Origin: an uncultured Rivularia sp.
Lineage (GTDB): Bacteria; Cyanobacteriota; Cyanobacteriia; Cyanobacteriales; Nostocaceae
Assembly (NCBI GenBank): GCA_963665115.1
Contig: OY762007.1
Location: 4,096,001 to 4,160,000 of the forward strand
Direction: 5' to 3'
Length of the DNA stretch: 64,000 bases
Under the pieces are notes generated by a model. It was given only the letters and a program-made list of their open reading frames with translations. It did no database searches and was not told the DNA's origin. Shown here piece after piece: positions 33,589 through 48,071 of this stretch. A program made the translations under genes and the position numbers. Within the stretch, counting starts at the first letter, position 1. Each line of letters opens with the position of its first letter.

Positions 33589-36138
33589 ACACCAAACGAG
33601 TCAAATAAACCTTAGACACGGTTGGTGAGTGGAGGGATGAGATATTACTACCTTTACAAAAACCCTATATATCTCGTAAATTGTTTCATACGAACACTTT
33701 GGTTCAACCAATTGTTCATCCAAAACAATACGAAAATTAGTCAACTTTTAGTCAACTAATGCAAGACATACAGGGCAAGGTTTTTAGTGATTTTGATGTT
33801 CCCGCTACTTCTGATGGCAGTTATTGGGGTAGGAAGAAGATAGTAGACGCTACTAAAGAACATCACAATATGAAATTTGAGCAAGAGCTAATAAAAGTTA
33901 ATCAGAGACTCAAATCTAGTAAAGCGAAAGTATCTATTGAGGCAAGCAAAGGGGGAATACAGCTTAGAGCTACACTGCCCCTTAAACCAGATGACACTCA
34001 TAAGCAAGGCAAAGAAACAAAGCAATACAAGATATCTTTGGGTATCCCAGCAAATTTTGATGGTTTAAAGACTGCTGAAGAAGAAGCCTACGAATTAGGA
34101 AAACTAATAGCTCGTAAAACTTTCGTTTGGAGTGAAAAATATTTAGGGCAGCAAGCTAAAAGAAAAAACAGCATTACTTTTAAAGAGTTTTATGAACAGT
34201 TCGAGAAAATATATTTTCAAACTCGCAAAAGGACAATTAGAAGCGAACACAGTTTTCTGGATTATCAAAGAAAATTTAAAAGATATTTTTACTCTAATGA
34301 TGTTGTAACAGCAGAATCTCTGAATCTAAAAATCAAGCAAACGAACACCTTTAACACTAGACGTATTGCAATTATTATTGCTCATTTTATTTGCAAATCG
34401 CTTGAGATCAAAACTGATTTTTCTGACCTGAAAATTAAAAAAGAAGTAAAAAAGAGAGATATACCAGAAGATAAAACAATAGTTAATGCAATCAACTTGA
34501 TTGATTATTATTTAGAACAGATAAAACCGTGCAACAAAGACAAATCATCAAAAGTTTGCCAGCGCAATAAGCTTATTTTTGGATTATTAGCTGTTTATGG
34601 TTTGCGTCCTAGAGAGATATTTAATCAACCCGATCTAGATTGGTTAATGTCATCAGAAAATCAACATAATACTTTTAAAGTTCATGAATCCAATAAAACC
34701 GGATACAGAGAAGTTTTCCCTTTTGTACCTGAATGGCTCGAATTATTCGATCTGAAAAATCAAGAGAATCTCAATTTACTTAAAAAGTATATTTTAGAAG
34801 AGCAAAGCGCGATTGACTTACATTATAAAGTTAGCAAGCTAGGAGATTTTTTTAAATCATATAAACTTTTATTTACGCCATATGACTTGAGGCACGCTTG
34901 CGCCATAAGAGCGCACTTACAAGGAATTCCGATTAAGGCAGCCGCTGACAATCTAGGACACACAGTTGAGATACATACTAAAGTTTATCAGCAATGGTTC
35001 GGACTTGAAAACAGAAGAAAAGCTTTTGATAATGCTTTTGATGAGTCAAGCAAGCTTGAACAATGCGAAAAACAGCTTGCTGAAGCCAGAAAGAGAATAG
35101 CTGAATTAGAAACCGAAGTCACGCGATTAAGCCTGCAAAATAGTATGATTTATAGCTAAATAACCTAGCGAACTACTATGCCTCTCCTCTGAATGCTTCA
35201 AGCATCAACAAAAGATAGCAAGATATACAAACTATTGCAGATATTGTATATTATTTGACAATCATATCTGCATTGAACATTTTCAATATTGCAGACAGAG
35301 TAAAATAAAGGTGCATTTATGACTCGTAATCAAGCAACAAAGCAACAATAGTAAATAATGGTGCAAAATATTAGTTCTACTCTACCAGGCGATCGCCACA
35401 CAGGTTATGTAAGGGTAACAGCAATTTTATTCCTCTCGAATTAATTCTCTTTTCCCTCTTCCTCTGCGTACTAGTAGTTCATTTCATTAGTTTTGATGGG
35501 TACGTAGTTGCGCTTCAGCGCCTCATATTCCGGTATCCGGAGGCGCTGAAGCGCAACTACGAACAATTATTAACCCCTCATAACTTATGTGGCGGAGTAC
35601 TAGTAGTCCTTTGCATTAATTCTGAGGGGTACGTTTTCGACCTAACGTCGGGAGACGTAGCACTGCTACGTCTCTACAACCCATTAAAACAAATGAAAAG
35701 GACTACTAGTAAGGTTTTTTTATCCGCTCATAACCTCGCATAACTTATGTGATGGAATACTAGGCGATCGCCACTTCACTCGCTTATTAATTGATATACA
35801 AGAATAATCAAGGTTCGTAGTAAGGGTTTTAACCATTAATTAGAGGACTAAAGTCCTTACTACGAACCTCTATGAGAGTCAATAGTAAATATTTAGTCAA
35901 CTACTTTTGTAAATCAAATTAGCAATTTAGCTGAAATAGATGAGTTACAAAATAAGCTGATTTAGCCAACTTTCAGTCCATTTTATTAAGCCCAAAAGTG
36001 AAAGCGTTGCTATATAAGACTTTTGACTGCTTGGCTTAGTAATGAGATAGCACCATGCCCTGTAAATAGAAGTCGCGGTGGTCAGAGCTTAATAAAGGTA
36101 ATTCCAGTTATCTCAAGCGTTGATACACACCAGCCGAG
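33589..36138 (+). mobile_element. Putative excision element in the nifB 5' leader (~2,538 bp)
   Basis: Xis-type recombinase 159 bp inside the left end; imperfect direct repeats ACACCAAACGAG (33589-33600) and ACACCAGCCGAG (36127-36138). Confidence 0.6.
33759..35159 (+). CDS. XisA/XisC-type tyrosine site-specific recombinase
   Basis: LGIPANFDGLKTAEEEAYELGKLIARK, YGLRPRE, KTGYREV, PYDLRHACAIRAH, NLGH...Y. Confidence 0.93.
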   Translation: MQDIQGKVFSDFDVPATSDGSYWGRKKIVDATKEHHNMKFEQELIKVNQRLKSSKAKVSIEASKGGIQLRATLPLKPDDTHKQGKETKQYKISLGIPANFDGLKTAEEEAYELGKLIARKTFVWSEKYLGQQAKRKNSITFKEFYEQFEKIYFQTRKRTIRSEHSFLDYQRKFKRYFYSNDVVTAESLNLKIKQTNTFNTRRIAIIIAHFICKSLEIKTDFSDLKIKKEVKKRDIPEDKTIVNAINLIDYYLEQIKPCNKDKSSKVCQRNKLIFGLLAVYGLRPREIFNQPDLDWLMSSENQHNTFKVHESNKTGYREVFPFVPEWLELFDLKNQENLNLLKKYILEEQSAIDLHYKVSKLGDFFKSYKLLFTPYDLRHACAIRAHLQGIPIKAAADNLGHTVEIHTKVYQQWFGLENRRKAFDNAFDESSKLEQCEKQLAEARKRIAELETEVTRLSLQNSMIYS

Positions 36139-36296
36139 AAACCGGAATTTACCTCTCGATTAACTCACGCTCCATAAAGATGGCGAGTTTTTCGACTAAA
36201 GCGTAAACTGCCGCTACTTCGATTCCTGGGTAAAAGCAGAAGCGATGGCATCTCCCACTAGGCAATTTGTCCAGTGACCGACGAACGCGAAACTAA

Positions 36297-37757
36297 ATGA
36301 CATCACCGTCTACTCCAACAGGAATCTTCACCCCTTCCGAAAGCGAATCTACAGCTACACCAGCGAAAGCTAAAAAAGGTGGTTGTGGAACTGGCTGCGA
36401 CGATAATAGCAGCCCTAGCATCGAAATAGATGAGAGAACAAAAGAGCGGATTGCAAAGCACCCTTGTTATAGCGAAGAAGCTCATCATCATTATGCAAGA
36501 ATGCACGTTGCCGTTGCTCCTGCCTGCAACATTCAGTGCAACTACTGCAACCGAAAGTATGACTGTGCGAACGAAAGTCGTCCCGGAGTAGTTAGCGAAC
36601 TACTCTCACCAGAAGAAGCAGCACAAAAAGTTCTGGTAGTTGCAGGTAAGATTCCTCAAATGACAGTGTTAGGAATCGCTGGTCCTGGCGACCCCTTAGC
36701 AAACCCGGAAAAGACCTTCAGCACCTTTGAGAAGATTAATAAAGAAGCACCAGACATTAAATTGTGTCTATCAACCAACGGTTTGATGCTACCGGATTAT
36801 GTAGAACGGATTAAGGAATTAAACGTTGACCATGTAACAATTACAATCAACATGGTCGATCCTGAAATCGGAGCCAAAATCTACCCTTGGGTTCACTATA
36901 AGCGCAAGCGTTACAGAGGAATTGAAGGAGCAAGAATTCTGCATGAAAGACAGATGGAAGGCTTAGAACTTCTTCGCGAAGCAGATATTCTATGCAAAAT
37001 TAACTCTGTATTGATTCCAGGAGTTAACGACCATCATCTTCCCGAAGTAAACAAAGCTGTCCGCGAACGAGGCGCATTTATTCACAATATTATGCCCTTG
37101 ATTAGCGCCCCAGAACACGGTACTCACTTTGGATTGAACGGACAAAGAGGTCCTACTTCTAAAGAATTAAAAGAAGTACAAGACAAATGTTCTGGTAACA
37201 TGAAAATGATGCGTCATTGTCGCCAGTGTCGTGCAGACGCAGTAGGATTATTAGGAGAAGACCGCAGCCAAGAATTTAGCAAAGAAAAATTCATGGAAAT
37301 GACTCCAGAATATAATCTGGAGCAGCGTCAAGAAGTTCATCAAGGCATCGAGAAAAATATACAAGAACTCGAAGCAGCCAAAAAAGGACTTGAAACCTTC
37401 GATTTAGAACTTAGCGGCGAAAAAATGTTGCTAGCAGTAGCAACCAAAGGTGGTGGTATAGTTAACCAACACTTTGGACATGCCAAAGAGTTTCAAATAT
37501 ACGAAGTTGATGGTAGAAAAGTTGAATTCATCGGCCATCGCAAAGTTGACCATTTCTGTCAAGATGGATACGGTGAGGAAGCCACTTTAGAAAATATCAT
37601 AAAAACACTTGCTGATTGTCAAGCAGTATTGGTTTCCAAAATTGGGGATTGTCCCAAAGAAGAACTTCAAAAAGCAGGAATAAAAGCTGTTGAAGCTTAC
37701 GACGTAATTGATAAAGTTGCTCTAGAATTTTACAAAGAAGCAATTAATAATCAGTAA
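36297..37757 (+). CDS. nifB: FeMo-cofactor biosynthesis radical SAM protein NifB
   Basis: [28 protein letters not shown]-terminal NifX-like domain. Confidence 0.98.
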   Translation: MTSPSTPTGIFTPSESESTATPAKAKKGGCGTGCDDNSSPSIEIDERTKERIAKHPCYSEEAHHHYARMHVAVAPACNIQCNYCNRKYDCANESRPGVVSELLSPEEAAQKVLVVAGKIPQMTVLGIAGPGDPLANPEKTFSTFEKINKEAPDIKLCLSTNGLMLPDYVERIKELNVDHVTITINMVDPEIGAKIYPWVHYKRKRYRGIEGARILHERQMEGLELLREADILCKINSVLIPGVNDHHLPEVNKAVRERGAFIHNIMPLISAPEHGTHFGLNGQRGPTSKELKEVQDKCSGNMKMMRHCRQCRADAVGLLGEDRSQEFSKEKFMEMTPEYNLEQRQEVHQGIEKNIQELEAAKKGLETFDLELSGEKMLLAVATKGGGIVNQHFGHAKEFQIYEVDGRKVEFIGHRKVDHFCQDGYGEEATLENIIKTLADCQAVLVSKIGDCPKEELQKAGIKAVEAYDVIDKVALEFYKEAINNQ

Positions 37758-37891
37758 AAGTTAATAGTTTTAGATTTTGGATTTATATTCAATCCAAAAT
37801 CTAAAATCCAAAATCCAAAATCCAAAATTCAGAATCATTCATTACCCAGTGCCATTACCTCAATTCAAGAACATAAATAAAGGTAGAAAAA

Positions 37892-38227
37892 ATGGCTTAC
37901 AAAATTACTAACAAATGTATTTCCTGCGATTTGTGTAAAACGATATGTCCCGAGAACGCTATCAAAATAGTTGATCAACGTCCCTGGATTGACCCCGAAC
38001 TTTGTACAAATTGTGTTGATAGTATTTATTCAGTACCCCAATGTAAAGCAGGTTGTCCTACATTTGACGGCTGCGTGGAAATAACATCCGATTATTGGCA
38101 AAACTGGTTTGAAAATTACAAAAATGTAATATCACAAGTCACTAATAAAACAGATTATTGGCAAAACTGGTTCAATATTTATTCGCAAAAATACTCCGAA
38201 CAGTTAGTAGTAGACAGTGAGCAGTGA
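37892..38227 (+). CDS. fdxN: Ferredoxin FdxN (uninterrupted)
   Basis: CISCDLC...CP and CTNC...QC...CP; between nifB and nifS. Confidence 0.9.
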   Translation: MAYKITNKCISCDLCKTICPENAIKIVDQRPWIDPELCTNCVDSIYSVPQCKAGCPTFDGCVEITSDYWQNWFENYKNVISQVTNKTDYWQNWFNIYSQKYSEQLVVDSEQ

Positions 38228-38363
38228 GTGAGGTTAAAGGTTATTCACCTTGTCCCCTTATACCCTTGTCTCCCCATTTCCTTCTCTCCTACTGCCTGGT
38301 TATAAAAAAAACAGTAAAAGAGAAAACCGTTTATTCTGAAGTATTCTTAGAGATATTAAAATT

Positions 38364-39577
38364 ATGCAAAAAAAAGACTGTATTTATTTAGATAATAACG
38401 CTACTACTAAAGTAGATCCGCAAGTTGTAGAGGCAATGTTGCCCTACTTAACCGAAAATTACGGCAATCCTTCCAGTATGCATACCTTTGGAGGAGGAGT
38501 CGGTAAAGCAGTAAAGCAAGCTAGAGAAAATATTGCAGCTTTGCTTGGTGCAGAATCCTCTGAAATTGTCTTTAACAGTGGTGGAACTGAAGGAGATAAC
38601 GCTGCTATTCGGGCTGCACTCCAAGCACAGCCTGACAAAAAACATATTATTACCACCCAGGTAGAACATCCCGCAGTACTTAACCTTTGCAAACAACTGC
38701 AAAAGCAAGGCTACAGAGTTACTTATCTTTCGGTGAATCGTCAGGGGGACAGCTAGATTTACATGAATTGGAAGAAGCACTAACTCACGAAACCGCTTTG
38801 GTAAGCGTTATGTATGCTAATAACGAAACTGGCGTGATATTCCCGGTAGAAGAAGTTGGCAAACTAGCTAAAAAACATGGCGCACTGTTTCATGTTGATG
38901 GAGTCCAGGCTGTAGGGAAAATTCCCCTTAATATGAAAGACAGCACCATTGATATGCTGACGCTCTCAGGCCACAAAATGCATTCACCCAAAGGGATTGG
39001 CGCATTATACGTGCGAAAAGGAGTCAGATTCCGTCCTTTGATAATCGGTGGAGGGCAAGAACGCGGCAGACGTGCGGGAACCGAAAACGTGCCTGCAATC
39101 GTAGCTTTAGGTAAAGCTGCCGAACTCGAACTGCTACATTTAGAAGAAGCAGGAAAAAGACAAAAAAGTTTACGCGATCGCCTAGAACAAGCTATAATAG
39201 AATCAGTTGAAGAATGCGAAATCAATGGTGGCGCAACGCAGAGATTGCCTAACACTACAAATATTGGTTTCAAATATATCGAAGGCGAAGCAATTTTACT
39301 ACTACTCAATCAGCACGGAATCTGTGCATCCAGCGGTTCCGCTTGTAGTTCCGGTTCTTTAGAGCCTTCCCATATTTTACGGTCAATGGGAGTACCCTAT
39401 ACAACTTTGCACGGTTCCATTCGCTTTAGTCTTTCTCGTTACAATACTGAAGCTGATGTTGATGCAGTATTAGCAGTACTACCCGCCATCGTGCGCCGTC
39501 TACGCGAGCTATCACCCTTCAAAAACGATGATGCGGCTTGGCTAAAAGACCAAGAACAAGCTTTAGCTCAACACTAA
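38364..39577 (+). CDS. nifS: Cysteine desulfurase NifS (apparent frameshift at G-run 38744-38748)
   Basis: YLDNNATT, EHPAV, MYANNETG, SGHK, SSGSACSSG over two ORFs; removing 2 G restores NRQGQLDL. Confidence 0.93.
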
Positions 39578-39695
39578 AAGTTAGGAATTAGGAGTTAAGA
39601 GTGAGGAGTTAAAGAATTTATCCTACTCTTCCCAAAACTCCCACCTCCTCACGAAAAATTATTCATAATTCACTACTCATTACGAAAATAAAGCT

Positions 39696-40595
39696 ATGTG
39701 GGACTACACAGATAAAGTATTAGAATTCTTCTACAACCCAAAAAATCAGGGTACTTTAGAAGATAACGGCGAAAATGGAGTTAAAGTTGCTGTTGGGGAA
39801 GTAGGTAGTATCGCCTGCGGAGACGCACTAAGACTGCATATAAAAGTAGACGAAGATACAAACAAAATCCTTGACGCTCGATTTCAAACATTTGGTTGCA
39901 CAAGTGCGATCGCATCTTCCGAAGCTCTGGTAGAATTAGTAAAGGGCAAGACAATAGATGAAGCCCTCAATATTTCTAACAAAGAGATTGCCGAGTTTTT
40001 AGGCGGATTACCTCAAGAAAAAATGCACTGCTCGGTAATGGGGCAAGAAGCCTTAGAAGCAGCAATTTCTAACTATAAAGGTATTCCAATTGTCGCTCAC
40101 GACGAAGATGACGAAGGAGCTATTATCTGTACCTGCTTCGGTATCACCGAGCCTAAAATTCAACGAATTGTAAAAGAAAATAAGCTTACAACCGCAGAAG
40201 AAGTTACGAACTTTATTAAAGCTGGTGGCGGATGTGGAACTTGTTTGGCAACCATTGATGACATCATCATCGAAAACCAAAGAAGTTCTCACTTTACCGC
40301 TCAGGAAACATCCAGCAACGGTAATACAAACGGCAAGATTAGCGAAAAACCGCTAACACCAGTGCAAAAAATAGCACTTATACAAAAAGTATTAGATGAA
40401 GAAGTAAGACCCATTCTAATCGCCGATGGGGGAGACGTAGAACTTTACGATGTAGAAGGCGATAATGTCAGAGTTATGCTTCAAGGCGCTTGCGGTTCAT
40501 GTTCTAGCAGCTTGGCTACTCTCAAAAATGCCATCGAAGCTAAATTAAAAGAACGTATCAGCAATAGTATTACAGTCGAATCAGTTAGCAGTTAG
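39696..40595 (+). CDS. nifU: Fe-S scaffold NifU
   Basis: ACGDAL, FGCTSA, MHCSV, CTCF, GCGTC, GACGSC. Confidence 0.97.
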   Translation: MWDYTDKVLEFFYNPKNQGTLEDNGENGVKVAVGEVGSIACGDALRLHIKVDEDTNKILDARFQTFGCTSAIASSEALVELVKGKTIDEALNISNKEIAEFLGGLPQEKMHCSVMGQEALEAAISNYKGIPIVAHDEDDEGAIICTCFGITEPKIQRIVKENKLTTAEEVTNFIKAGGGCGTCLATIDDIIIENQRSSHFTAQETSSNGNTNGKISEKPLTPVQKIALIQKVLDEEVRPILIADGGDVELYDVEGDNVRVMLQGACGSCSSSLATLKNAIEAKLKERISNSITVESVSS

Positions 40596-40797
40596 TGGTT
40601 AGTAGAAATCTATGAATATCAACTAGCAACTAGCAACTATCAACTAACAACCATCAACTAATTATGAATCTACAGCAAATAGTTGTAGAGCGTGCGCCAC
40701 CCGCGACGTTCTATAAGCAAGTCACCCACCTCATAGGAGTGACAACTAGCAACCACTGCACCCACTCGATAAACCAATTAATTGCAGGAGAAAATAA

Positions 40798-43080
<2,283 letters not shown>

Positions 43081-43156
43081 TAAATCTACTTTTTATAATT
43101 TAAAACTTTCAAAAAAAAATATCTAATTTTAACTATAGGATTAATATTTAGGTATT

Positions 43157-43192
43157 AAAAGACCTGCTTTTATTCACAAAAGCGGGTTTTTT
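43157..43192. terminator. Probable bidirectional intrinsic terminator
   Basis: AAAA-G-ACCTGCTTTT-attcac-AAAAGCGGGT-TTTTT hairpin with A and T tails. Confidence 0.6.
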
Positions 43193-43265
43193 AGTTATTG
43201 TTAATCAATCAAAAATATTTATTTATGATTATTCCGAATTTACAATGTCCAATTCCCAAATTCCT

Positions 43266-44711
43266 TTACTTAGTAAATTTTGATAATAATGTTGTGAGTT
43301 GATTTATTTGTGCTTGCTGTTGCTCAATGATTGCTTTCAATTCATCAACTTGAGAATTATTTTGTTGTGTATTTTCTTTGATACAAGATAACTCTGGATT
43401 AATATCGCTAGCAACCATTGATGCATCGCGGTAATGTTTACGACTTACTTCTTCTGAATGCTCGCACCATGCGTTAACAATATGGGTTTCTCGACCTAAA
43501 TCATATATTTGATGAGAAACAAAAGTATGCCGAGTATTATTAACAGGTAAATATTTTGATACTTTTCCTTGCTCTACTAAATCTTTAACTAATCCTATAT
43601 AATGAACGCCTCTAGAGGTTTTCCCATACCATTTTTCGCTCAAAGTTACTTGATGTATAGGTTTACCATTACCTTTAACTGAAAACACGCAATCATTGTC
43701 TTCTCCTTTTTTTAATTTGCTTAATATTTTCCATAATTTACTATCTCTTTTCATGGGAAAGAATCTTATTGTTTCATTCTTAGTAGGCTTGAATATACGT
43801 GATTTACTATCAAAAGATTTTCTGATAATAATTCTTTCCTCATCAAACCTTATATCTTGCCACCATAAAGCTAAAGCCTCACCATTTCTACATCCAGTTA
43901 AAAATTTAAATGCGATTAATGGATAATATTTACAAAGTTTGGGATGAGTTTTAAAAGCTTCCATAATAATTTCAGCTTCTTCCCAACTAAAAGCTTTCTT
44001 TTTATCTAATAATTCATTATCTTCTGTATTTGATTTATCTTGATTTATTTCTTTTATTCTCTTTTTTGCAATTAAAGTCTCTTTTAATCCTAAAAAAGGA
44101 TTTTTACCGATATAAACATCTTTGGCTATAGCGTAACTGTATGCTCTTTCTAAAGCGCTCACAAGAGATTTTACATCATGAGCGTTACGATTTTTAATTA
44201 ACCAATTAAATATTTGATTTGGGTCATATCCTACTTCTTTGATAGCAGAATTTAAATAATTAAGAAATGCACCTTTATAACTATTGATAAAAGTTGTTTT
44301 AGCTAGTCTATGTTCGGAAAATTCACAATACATTTGCCAAATTTCCAAAATTGAAGGATTGGGTTTTACTGTACCTCCACTTTTATCTTCTGAAGCGATT
44401 CTAACTAATCTGATACGTGCCTTCAATCCGTACTCCTCTAAAACCTGTTGATACCTCTGTTCGTTAAATGCACCGCTGGTATCTACAAGCCATCCTAATT
44501 CCAATTCTTGCTGCAACCTCCGAGCAATTTTCATGGCTAATTCTTCATTATCAGAAATGGCTTCTAAATTAATAGACTTCTTAAATTGCTTTCCTGCAAA
44601 ATACTGTTTAGGAAAAACAACTCTAAATCTACCTTTTAAATTTTCAATAGTGACTTGTTTTATATTCTTTTTACTATTATCTGATTCAAGGTACATATTC
44701 TGTATACTCAA
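43266..44711 (-). CDS. Phage-integrase-type tyrosine recombinase
   Basis: FLTGCRNGEALAL, PTKNE, TRHTFVS, EHSEEVSRKHY; N-terminal arm-binding-like region. Confidence 0.9.
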   Translation of the reverse strand: MSIQNMYLESDNSKKNIKQVTIENLKGRFRVVFPKQYFAGKQFKKSINLEAISDNEELAMKIARRLQQELELGWLVDTSGAFNEQRYQQVLEEYGLKARIRLVRIASEDKSGGTVKPNPSILEIWQMYCEFSEHRLAKTTFINSYKGAFLNYLNSAIKEVGYDPNQIFNWLIKNRNAHDVKSLVSALERAYSYAIAKDVYIGKNPFLGLKETLIAKKRIKEINQDKSNTEDNELLDKKKAFSWEEAEIIMEAFKTHPKLCKYYPLIAFKFLTGCRNGEALALWWQDIRFDEERIIIRKSFDSKSRIFKPTKNETIRFFPMKRDSKLWKILSKLKKGEDNDCVFSVKGNGKPIHQVTLSEKWYGKTSRGVHYIGLVKDLVEQGKVSKYLPVNNTRHTFVSHQIYDLGRETHIVNAWCEHSEEVSRKHYRDASMVASDINPELSCIKENTQQNNSQVDELKAIIEQQQAQINQLTTLLSKFTK

Positions 44712-44758
44712 AACAATTTTAAGTATTGCAAAAGTTGAATTTAAACTAATTGCAATAA

Positions 44759-46595
<1,837 letters not shown>

Positions 46596-46862
46596 TTCTG
46601 GGTTGTTCATAATCTTTTTTAATGTTTCATCATCAAGGTGTTTGAAGCGTTTGAACAGCATCAATTGTTCTAGTAGTTCTTCGGCTAGGGTTTTCATCTG
46701 CTTATTTACTATATTTACAGTAAAAAATGAAGGAATAAATTGATAAAGACTAAGATAAAACTTAATTTTTTGTTGCGCTGTACTCTATAAACCAAACTAA
46801 GCATTTTCATGATTAAAGAGAAGCGCATCAGAGAATAAACACTGAAGGAGCAATGAAATTAC

Positions 46863-47275
46863 TTAAAACGTAGACTCTATAAGCTTCATAGCCCTTATAC
46901 CTTTTTGATAATACTTTTGCTTGTTGCGATTTAATCTGATTAATCTGATTACTAATTCTATGCAATCATCCTTGAAAATAACCCAATTTTGACCGTATAA
47001 ACCAACATAAAAACTGCTATGTCTTCGCTCCAAACGAGGATATTATTTGACACGACCTACATATTTTTGTACTCCTTTATGTTTAATTTTTTGACCTTGA
47101 ATAGTTGCGCTAGTGTAAGCAATTGCTATTAACAACACTAAACAAATAAAGCGTTTATCTTTAACATTTGTCTCTTCCAAATTATAGCCGCCTGTTTTAA
47201 ATTATCTAAATATTTCCTCTATATCAAATCGTTTTTTACAAGCCAAAATTGCGGATTATAAACTATCAAAATTTG
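46863..47275 (-). pseudogene. IS4-family transposase C-terminal remnant
   Basis: KKRFDIEEIFR*FKTGGYNLEET...LIAIAY...RRHSSFYVGLYG with internal stops. Confidence 0.75.
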
Positions 47276-47277
47276 AA

Positions 47278-47551
47278 CTGGGAGAACAAGGAATCGGTGG
47301 AAACCGCGAAATCAAAGGAGGTCAGATATTTGCTCCCTTTGCGATCGCCGACGGAACTCTTGAAGAAGTATTAGACGATAATCCCGACAACGACCCCCCA
47401 AGTCTACTTTGCTCATATTAGTGCAAATACTGATGGAGTAGACCACATTCGTAACTTAGGTGGTAACACCTGGGGTGTCGAAGAGATGCTCGGTGGTGGT
47501 GATATGGACTTCAACGATATTGTCTTTAAATTAGACGTAACTGTGAGATAA
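47278..47551 (+). pseudogene. Orphan DUF4114-type C-terminal fragment
   Basis: IFAPFAIADG...VYFAHISANTDGVDHIRNLGGNTWGVEEMLGGGDMDFNDIVF; homologous to the end of 48072-53840. Confidence 0.75.
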
Positions 47552-48071
47552 ATGCAGTCTTCGTCGATTTAACTTAAAAGGTTTGAGTCTCCTCTCCCGC
47601 TAAAGCTTAAAACTTTAGTGGGAGTTTCTTCATTACTTGGTATTTTAAAATACATTTAATCAATAAAGTTTTATTTTCATATTTCCTCAATATTTTTCTA
47701 TGAATAAAAATAAAAATTATATTTTTGTTAAAAATAAACAACCGAAACAACGAATTACAAATGATGCTCAAAATATTCGTCAACCAAAACATAGTGATTC
47801 TATTGAAAGTACTCTAGAAATTCTCAGACTATTAGAACGGAATGATAATCTCTCTAAATGTAAAACGGTGTCTTCTTGAATAGTTCGTTTTCCCTGAAAC
47901 AATGTAGAGACGTAGCAATGCTACGTCTCTTTTATTTGCTGCTATAAGTAAACCGCTATTGTCAACTTTAAAGAAACCCAGTTTCTTTTTATAAAAACAC
48001 GATTATCTCGTTTGGTCATTTGCAAGAAACCGGGTTTATTAGTGCTTGTTGATAATGGTGCAAGATTTGTG

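Noticed and set aside
37892..38227. fdxN excision element as in Anabaena PCC 7120
   Set aside because: fdxN is continuous; the XisF-like recombinase here sits in nifH
38364..39577. nifS (and proB, xis) as true pseudogenes or programmed frameshifts
   Set aside because: All are single G/C-run excesses with intact flanking sequence; best explained as sequencing error
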